DNA of 64,000 bases from Candidatus Latescibacterota bacterium (GTDB lineage: Bacteria > Latescibacterota > UBA2968 > UBA8231). Every line of letters begins with the position of its first letter. Within the stretch, counting starts at the first letter, position 1. Made by a program: the position numbers and the translations under genes. The notes under the pieces are model-generated. The model did not search any database, was not told the origin of the DNA, and was given only the letters and a program-made list of their open reading frames with translations. The DNA lies in assembly GCA_965248265.1 (NCBI GenBank), contig CBDFJF010000001.1:2304001-2368000 (forward strand). Reading direction: 5' to 3'. Shown here piece by piece: positions 58,081-64,000 of the stretch.

Positions 58081-58302
58081 CTAGCGAGTGTCGTTGAGGG
58101 AGTACGGCAGCAACCCCAGAAACCGCGCTCGTTTGATCGCTTGTACGATGCGCGTCTGCTGCTTGCGACTGGCTCCAGTGCGGCGCGCCGCGTCGATTTT
58201 GCCAATCGGATTCAGGTAGCGGACAATGATGTCCAGTCGCTTGTAATCGATCTCCTCTGGCTTGAGCTTTGCCGTGAACTCTTTTCGATTGAACCGTGCG
58301 AT
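58081..58302 (-). CDS. rpsR: 30S ribosomal protein bS18 (Cys-free form), ATC start; missing from the ORF track
   Basis: Manual translation (M)ARFNRKEFTAKLKPEEIDYKRLDIIVRYLNPIGKIDAARRTGASRKQQTRIVQAIKRARFLGLLPYSLNDTR, with IDYK, GKI..RRTG and AIKRAR..GLLPY. AGGAG lies 8 nt before the ATC; no in-frame ATG/GTG/TTG before the upstream stop. Confidence 0.93.
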   Translation of the reverse strand: MARFNRKEFTAKLKPEEIDYKRLDIIVRYLNPIGKIDAARRTGASRKQQTRIVQAIKRARFLGLLPYSLNDTR

Positions 58303-58354
58303 GATATTCTCTCCTGTGTAATCGACCGAGGCACTGGCATTCCAGCAGATCAGT

Positions 58355-58383
58355 AAATTACTCCTTCACCCCTCGAGTGTCAA
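58355..58383 (-). promoter_or_regulatory. Sigma70 promoter for rpsR
   Basis: Minus strand TTGACA-17 nt-TAATTT. Confidence 0.65.
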
Positions 58384-58390
58384 CGAGGAC

Positions 58391-59713
58391 TTGGCTCCAG
58401 GGCAACTCGCCGTGTCAAAAAACTCACGCATCGCGATCACCTGGGCTCTAGCCGGCAGTTTGCTCACTCTCCTTGCCGCTCATCCCTTTCTGTTCGAGAG
58501 AAATGATGCCCTCGCTTGGGTGCTTGGCGGCCTGATCACCGTTTCGATAATCGTAGCTGGTGCTGAGTGCATTGCCAGAATCGTTCGCCGGCAATGGTAC
58601 GCTACCCCACCAAACGCACCTCGCGTCTGGCACCGACATCTGCTGGCGGTTTCCATGGCCGCGTTTGCCGGTGGAATGGTTCTGTCGTTCAGCGCCAACG
58701 AGCATACCTCTTTGTCCGGCCTGCTGCCGACGACATTCGGCCTGTTGTCCCTGGGATTGGGACGACTGCTTGGGACCGACGAGCGCGCAATCAGCCTGTT
58801 GGCCTGCGCCGCTGTCGGCTCGGGCTCCGTCGTTGCGTGCTACGCCGTGTGCCAGTACCTCGACCTCGACCCGCTGCCTGCGACGACCGCGTTCACCGAC
58901 CGCACTGTTGCCGTTTTTGAGAACCCGAATCATCTGGGCAGTTTCATGGCAGCCCTCCTGCCCATCGCGCTCGGAGGCTTCCTGCTTTCGTCTCGCCTGC
59001 GTTTCCACGTAATCTGGTATCCGGTGACTGCTCTGTTGCACGCCGCGCTACTGCTGGCTGGCAGCCGTGGCGCCTGGGTGGGTTGTCTTGCGGGATTGGC
59101 CGTCCTGGTGTGGACAGCGGCGACCCAGATGCGAAGATCAGGAGGCCGCTGGCATCGAGGACGGATTCTGGCCATGGTCGCGACACTGGCCGCCGTTACC
59201 TTGTGGCTTGGCCCCACCAGAGTCATGGAGAGTGAGCGCGGTGTTGTCACTGTCGGCCAGCGAATATTGAGTACGGCCTACGCCGCCGCCCCAGGGACTG
59301 CGGGCGACCCCACACTCAGCCACCGCTACTTCCTGTGGCATGTCGCGTGGCAGCTGATCCTGGACCGGCCAATTGTAGGTATCGGGCTCGACCGGTTCGC
59401 TGAGGATGCGGAGGACACCACCGAAATGTGGGAACGCTATGGCACCTGGCACGCCCATAACGAATACCTCAACTACTGGGCGGAGGGCGGCCTGTTGACC
59501 CTTGTCGGATTCCTGGGAATGGTGGTCTCTGCATTCCTTCGATCCAGGAAGCATGGTCTGGGTCCGGCGGCTGCCTCCGGAGCTGTAGCTTCGATATTGG
59601 TACATGCCCTGGTAAGCTACCCTCTCCATATGCCAGTGACGGCGATTCTTTTCTGGGTATTACTTGGTATCATTAGCACGGAAGAGGATGCTACATCAAG
59701 GAACTCCTATTAG
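58391..59713 (+). CDS. O-antigen ligase (Wzy_C)-family membrane protein
   Basis: FENPNHLG, GSRGAW, RPIVGIG and HAHNEYL motifs; many TM helices. Confidence 0.88.
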   Translation: MAPGQLAVSKNSRIAITWALAGSLLTLLAAHPFLFERNDALAWVLGGLITVSIIVAGAECIARIVRRQWYATPPNAPRVWHRHLLAVSMAAFAGGMVLSFSANEHTSLSGLLPTTFGLLSLGLGRLLGTDERAISLLACAAVGSGSVVACYAVCQYLDLDPLPATTAFTDRTVAVFENPNHLGSFMAALLPIALGGFLLSSRLRFHVIWYPVTALLHAALLLAGSRGAWVGCLAGLAVLVWTAATQMRRSGGRWHRGRILAMVATLAAVTLWLGPTRVMESERGVVTVGQRILSTAYAAAPGTAGDPTLSHRYFLWHVAWQLILDRPIVGIGLDRFAEDAEDTTEMWERYGTWHAHNEYLNYWAEGGLLTLVGFLGMVVSAFLRSRKHGLGPAAASGAVASILVHALVSYPLHMPVTAILFWVLLGIISTEEDATSRNSY

Positions 59714-59754
59714 ATCGTGTCTTTGTTGCAGTTATGTGCTGCGCGATTTTTTGC

Positions 59755-59781
59755 TAAAGAATAACACGTCCCCTCCGATAG
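59755..59781 (+). promoter_or_regulatory. Sigma28 (FliA/WhiG)-type promoter
   Basis: TAAA-N15-TCCGATAG. Confidence 0.7.
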
Positions 59782-59787
59782 TATAAC

Positions 59788-60005
59788 CAGAGACTATTTG
59801 ATACTACTTACTATCGAACCTCCAATTCGTATTCCGGTCGATCAGATAGTCCTCCTTTTCAGGGCCCATCCAACCCTGATCTCCCCGGCTGACGAGGCCT
59901 ACCCAGCCTCGGAACCGGCCCCCTGCCGAACGCCTTTTCGGCCGGCAGTATTCATAATTGAGCGCTCCGCCGACCCTACCTAGTCGGCGGAGCGCTTCTT
60001 TTTTT
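59788..60005 (+). ncRNA. Candidate sigma28-dependent sRNA (~215 nt)
   Basis: Lies between the sigma28 promoter and a strong terminator; four hairpins with pyrimidine/C-rich loops; CCTCCTTTT tract at 59851-59859; no credible ORF. Confidence 0.55.
59961..60005 (+). terminator. Intrinsic terminator
   Basis: 14-bp stem AGCGCTCCGCCGAC/GTCGGCGGAGCGCT followed by TC and T7. Confidence 0.9.
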
Positions 60006-60051
60006 GCTCACGCGGAGCCAATAGCTGGGTGCATTTCTTAGCTTTCATACG

Positions 60052-60486
60052 ATGACTGCCGATACCGTACAGATTAGGTCCCGCCTCTCGATCCCGCTTT
60101 CGGAGTTGCATTTCTCCTTTGACCGGAGCCCGGGGCCGGGCGGCCAGAACGTCAACAAGGTCAACACCAGGGCGGAACTGCGCTTCTGCGTGAGCACCAG
60201 CCCCTCCCTGACGCCATCCATGCGGAACCGCATCTCCACGGAGCTCTCCACTCGACTCAACCGTGATGGAGAGCTCATCTTGCGCTCGTCGCGGTTCCGG
60301 TCGCAGACCCGCAATCGAACAGATTGTATAGAGAAATTCGCCGCTTTGCTGGCGAGGGCCCTGCGCCCACCACCGCCCAAGCGTCGTCCCTCTCGACCCA
60401 CGCGGACTTCCATCGCCAAGCGACTCGACCGCAAGAAGGCCCATTCCCAGAAAAAGACGCTCCGCAGTCGCCCCCAGCCAGACTGA
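60052..60486 (+). CDS. arfB: Alternative ribosome rescue factor B
   Basis: GPGGQNVNKVNT, RSQTRN and a basic C-terminal tail RPSRPTR...K. Confidence 0.93.
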   Translation: MTADTVQIRSRLSIPLSELHFSFDRSPGPGGQNVNKVNTRAELRFCVSTSPSLTPSMRNRISTELSTRLNRDGELILRSSRFRSQTRNRTDCIEKFAALLARALRPPPPKRRPSRPTRTSIAKRLDRKKAHSQKKTLRSRPQPD

Positions 60487-60511
60487 TCGCCCCATTTTTT
60501 TTAGAAAGGTC

Positions 60512-60601
60512 TTGCGATTGTTTTCTCTCGCCGGTACGTTAGTTAACGTTAACGTTAAAGTTTATTCTGGAAACGGGAACTGAAAGCACTGGCAGGGCGT
60601 T
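60512..60601 (+). promoter_or_regulatory. Compound promoter of the sigma factor gene: sigma70-like promoter, palindromic operator, ECF-like promoter
   Basis: TTGCGA-17-TACGTT (60512-60540); perfect 16-bp palindrome TTAACGTTAACGTTAA (60543-60558); GGAAC-N17-CGTT (60576-60601). Confidence 0.5.
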
Positions 60602-60670
60602 TGGTAGAGGAATGGAGAAATCGCCTCGTCGTACACGCTTCTGCCGGCACCTATTGGGGGCCATCGCTTT

Positions 60671-61558
60671 ATGAGAGCACAAAAATCAGACACCGCGGCC
60701 GCGAAGGCGGAGCGGAGCACGGATCTGGATTTACACAACCGGAACATGACGGATCTGTATTGGAGGGACATCAGGCACTCCAAACCGCTCAGCCGCAAGG
60801 AAGAGGTCCGCCTGTTCAAGCTGGCGAAGGCCGGAGATGAGGAGTCCAGACAGACCATCATCACCGCCAACTTACGCTTCGTCGTCAGCGTGGCGAGGGA
60901 GTACAAGGACTACGGTATGTCGTTGTCCGAGTTGATCTCCGAAGGCAACGTCGGCCTGCTGGAGGCCACCAAGCGCTTCGACGAAGACCGAGGCTTCAAG
61001 TTCATCACCTATGCAGTGTGGTGGATCCGACAGGCCATCCTGAAAGCGTTGGCCGAGCACGGGAAGATCGCCCGGCCGCCCATGAGCCAGATCAACGATC
61101 TCCAGCGGTTGGAGAAGGAATCCAATGCCCTGGCCCAGAGGCTGGGTCGGGATCCTACCTTTGGAGAAATCGCCACCAGTATCGACATCAGTGCTCTGCG
61201 CACGCGCAATGCCATGGAAGTGGGCCAAACCGATGTCTCTTTCGATGCCCCGACTTACCAGGATGAGGAAACCACACTTCATTCGGTTTACGCCGCCGAC
61301 GAGGATGGTATTGACGAGGCCTTCGAGGATGGTGAGATGCGTGGCACCGTGAACGACTGCCTCGGCGTGCTCGACGACCGCGAGTACCAGATCGTCCGCT
61401 GTTATTACGGCCTGGAGAGCATGCAACCGATGACGCTGGAGGAAATTGGCAACGCTCTGGGCGTGACCCGCGAGCGAGTGCGGCAGTTGCGCAATCGGGC
61501 GATTGACAAGTTGCGTTCTAACTGTGGAGAACTGCTGGCGGAGTTTTCGAAAAACTAA
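60671..61558 (+). CDS. Short RpoD/SigA-family sigma70 factor (no region 1.1)
   Basis: ANLRFVVSVA, GFKFITYAVWWIRQAI and TLEEIG...TRERVRQL motifs. Confidence 0.93.
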   Translation: MRAQKSDTAAAKAERSTDLDLHNRNMTDLYWRDIRHSKPLSRKEEVRLFKLAKAGDEESRQTIITANLRFVVSVAREYKDYGMSLSELISEGNVGLLEATKRFDEDRGFKFITYAVWWIRQAILKALAEHGKIARPPMSQINDLQRLEKESNALAQRLGRDPTFGEIATSIDISALRTRNAMEVGQTDVSFDAPTYQDEETTLHSVYAADEDGIDEAFEDGEMRGTVNDCLGVLDDREYQIVRCYYGLESMQPMTLEEIGNALGVTRERVRQLRNRAIDKLRSNCGELLAEFSKN

Positions 61559-61633
61559 CTCACACCGTGCCCCAGCATTAATTCACCGATCGAACGTTAG
61601 CGTTAATCACAGATCGAACGCCAGCAATGAGGG

Positions 61634-61676
61634 AGGGCCGGATGCTCGGGAGGACAGGCATCCGGCCCTGTTTTTT
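61634..61676 (+). terminator. Intrinsic terminator after the sigma gene
   Basis: 12-bp stem AGGGCCGGATGC/GCATCCGGCCCT followed by GTTTTTT. Confidence 0.85.
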
Positions 61677-61769
61677 GTTGGAAGCCTTTGGGCTGATATC
61701 TTCCCGGCATGGACCTGACCGCGGGTATCGTCATGCTGCCCTTTACCCACGACGGACAAGTGCCAGGCA

Positions 61770-62972
61770 CTACTCGCCGATAAGCTGGGGGAGTACCTGT
61801 ACAACTGCCCGCTCGATCAGGAGTTGTTCGAATTCTTGGGAATGGACCCGGAGCGCTTTACCCAGGCCGAAGAGGGCAGGTTCTGACCGCTTCCTCAGGC
61901 GACCAGGTTCAATAAACTGGCCCGCATCGCCAGCGATCTCTGCCGCTCCCGCGCCGTCGAAAGAGGACGTCTGACCGGCGCTGTGGGACCCGCTGAACTG
62001 TTCGGAGCTTGCCTTCGGGATGACATCCCCGTCCTCGCCGGTCTCAGCAACCTGGGAGCTTTCGTCCACGGGTGAGTTCCCCGATGACTGCCCGTTCTCT
62101 TCAGTTGCCTCGCTCCTTCGGCTCTCCGCCAGTTCTCGCCTGGCCTCTGATTCCATCTGCTTGGCTTCGGAGGCCACACTGCGGTCCTGTGATGACGGTT
62201 CAGCCGGAGCCATCGCCGCCCGGTAGATGATCTGAGCCTTGCGAATGGTAGCTGCCGGATCGTCAGCTACCTTGGAAGTGTCGATGCTGACCTCACCCCC
62301 GGTGGCGTAGCGACGGTTATCCGGACCTGTCGTGTACTCGTAGCTGGGCCCGCCGCGGGCATAACCGCCGGCCGCTGCCATATGAGCCTGTTCATGTTGG
62401 CGCACCTCGCGATCCCGGGATTTCAACTCCTGAACTTTCTGTTGCTCCTCCTCGGTCAGCTCCTCGGTTCCGGGGCCCCCGGTCCCGCGATCACCAGTCT
62501 CAGCAGCCGGCGATGCCGCCCCCGTGCCCCCGGCATTCGTTTCGCCTACAGGTGTCGGTGTCGCCGCAGCTGCTACAGGATGGGCATCGGCTACAGGTTT
62601 ACCCACCCCAACAGCAGGTTGCGGCAACGGTGCCACCGCGTTCTGGCCATCTGAATGTGTCGGGGAAGCGGATTGTCGGGCATGGGAGCGCTGAGCGCTC
62701 AGGACGCTTGCTGTCAGGGCAGCATCAAGCTCCGGTGCCCCGGGGAGCGAGATGGAAGGCGTCGCCGCAGCTGTCTTATTGGCTGCGATGATGCCGGACG
62801 CCAGCACTGGTAGATGATGGGCAGCGTTGGTGGAGTCCAGACGATCCTGCGCGGTCTCTTCCTCCCCGTGCGCTCCCAGGAGAACAGGGGTCTCCCTTGT
62901 CTCCGATTCAGGAGACTGGGAAAGCGGATTGAATGCGGGAAGTGTTACCGGGGGAAGACTGCCTATCTCCAT
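61770..62972 (-). CDS. SprA-related family putative metalloprotease
   Basis: RDREVRQHEQAH, GPDNRRYATGGEVSID and AAMAPAEPSSQD motifs, with low-complexity flanks. Confidence 0.85.
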   Translation of the reverse strand: MEIGSLPPVTLPAFNPLSQSPESETRETPVLLGAHGEEETAQDRLDSTNAAHHLPVLASGIIAANKTAAATPSISLPGAPELDAALTASVLSAQRSHARQSASPTHSDGQNAVAPLPQPAVGVGKPVADAHPVAAAATPTPVGETNAGGTGAASPAAETGDRGTGGPGTEELTEEEQQKVQELKSRDREVRQHEQAHMAAAGGYARGGPSYEYTTGPDNRRYATGGEVSIDTSKVADDPAATIRKAQIIYRAAMAPAEPSSQDRSVASEAKQMESEARRELAESRRSEATEENGQSSGNSPVDESSQVAETGEDGDVIPKASSEQFSGSHSAGQTSSFDGAGAAEIAGDAGQFIEPGRLRKRSEPALFGLGKALRVHSQEFEQLLIERAVVQVLPQLIGE

Positions 62973-63036
62973 TTACCTTGCTTGAGTGGAGGTGCCGTCC
63001 GTGGCTGTGATTGAAAACGGAAGGTCGCCGTTGTCT

Positions 63037-63064
63037 ATATCGGCAGCGCACGGAGCCAACTTTA
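63037..63064 (-). promoter_or_regulatory. Sigma28-type promoter for the SprA-related gene
   Basis: Minus strand TAAA-N16-GCCGATAT. Confidence 0.75.
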
Positions 63065-63076
63065 AATCTCGCAGAT

Positions 63077-64000
63077 TTAGGTCATCTCAGTGGCTTGTTC
63101 AAGTTGCTCCACCGGCTCGCGCAGGGTTTCGATGGCGTCTCTCCAGAACTCCGGCGACTCGAGGTCACAGTCGAGGGTCTGGCGAGCGACCTCCTCGGCG
63201 GTGGCGCTGCCGGTCGAACGCAGGAACTCCTCATAGCGAGGAAAGAACTCCTCTCCCCCCTGTTGCTTGTAAAGTGAGAAAAGTCCCCGGCTCAGTAGAA
63301 AGCCAAAGGTGTAGGGAAAATTATAGAACGTCACGGAGGTGATGTAGAAGTGCAGCTTGGATGCCCAGAAGTATGGATCCTCTCCCCCCTCTTCCAACAG
63401 CTCACCGAAGACCCGCTGTTGCGTCTGCGCCATCAGCTGTTTGAGGCGACTCACGGCCACCTCTCCAGACTGTCTCTCTTCGTGGAAAGCCTTCTCGAAC
63501 TCGAAACGGACCGGGATATCCATTAGATAGACGGCAGCGTGCGCCGTCTCCATGTCGAGAAGGCGCAGTCTGTCGACGTTGCTCAGCTTCGAATCGCCAT
63601 TCAACATGCCATCCGTCAGGATCATCTCGCCGAAGGTCGACGCCGATTCAGCCAGCGTCATCGGGTAGCGGCGGGCGTAGGGACGTGCCCCTCTCAGTAT
63701 GAAAGAGTGGAAGGCATGGCCAGCTTCGTGGGCCAGGGTTCGCACGTCGCCGATCGTCTCGTTGTAGGTCATGAAGATCCGCGACTCGTTGGACAATTGG
63801 GAGCCGGTGCAAAACCCACCGGACTGTTTGCCGGGGCGCGGCTCCCAGTCGACCCACTGACGCTCGAAAACGGTTTCGGTGAATTCGGCCAATTTCGGGT
63901 AAGCCTGACCGAACCCGGTGCACACCATCCGTTTGGCGCTTTCCCATGTGACCGGGGTCTCCTCAGGCAACGGCAACGGTGCTTCGAGATCGTACCAGGC
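63077..64000 (-). CDS. M3B oligoendopeptidase F family, C-terminal part (N-terminus outside window)
   Basis: GKQSGGFC, TLAHEAGH, AESAS and FYNFPYTFG motifs. Confidence 0.92.
   Translation of the reverse strand, partial: AWYDLEAPLPLPEETPVTWESAKRMVCTGFGQAYPKLAEFTETVFERQWVDWEPRPGKQSGGFCTGSQLSNESRIFMTYNETIGDVRTLAHEAGHAFHSFILRGARPYARRYPMTLAESASTFGEMILTDGMLNGDSKLSNVDRLRLLDMETAHAAVYLMDIPVRFEFEKAFHEERQSGEVAVSRLKQLMAQTQQRVFGELLEEGGEDPYFWASKLHFYITSVTFYNFPYTFGFLLSRGLFSLYKQQGGEEFFPRYEEFLRSTGSATAEEVARQTLDCDLESPEFWRDAIETLREPVEQLEQATEMT

Noticed and set aside
59798-59983. 61-aa ORF inside the sigma28 transcript
   Set aside because: TTG start without an RBS, atypical codons, and a stop inside the terminator hairpin; not fully excluded.
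60487-60502. T-tract after arfB as a terminator
   Set aside because: No convincing GC stem precedes the T run.

Overview
64 kb of GC-rich chromosome from a diderm heterotrophic bacterium. The gene mix suggests an FCB-related lineage such as Latescibacterota (inference only). Most of the window is housekeeping and catabolic genes: fbp with a class I aldolase, htpG-proA-ferredoxin-rnd, ddl, a hydantoinase/carbamoylase operon, gmd with sugar-acid enzymes, hemL, a Cpx-like module, a sulfatase, lhr, a GH3, an E1 alpha/beta pair, a PAS kinase with an NtrC-type activator, arfB, a short sigma70-family factor and an M3 oligopeptidase. I found no rRNA, tRNA, CRISPR array or transposase. The best signals are not in the ORF track. 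(1) A sigma54 enhancer and promoter behind the NtrC-type gene fire into a ~110-nt structured non-coding element. (2) A sigma28-type promoter and a strong terminator bracket a ~215-nt candidate sRNA with C-rich loops and an anti-SD tract. (3) An unannotated rpsR and an HpcH aldolase both appear to start at AUC 8 nt after a strong SD. (4) An AhpD/CMD-like protein has an in-frame CxxU UGA followed by a SECIS hairpin. (5) A glycoside hydrolase gene is flanked by half attC-like sites, suggesting a stranded integron cassette. (6) A MITE sits between an RBS and its start codon. (7) Degenerate tandem duplications recur at gene 3' ends. All calls are by eye; no searches or folding programs were run.
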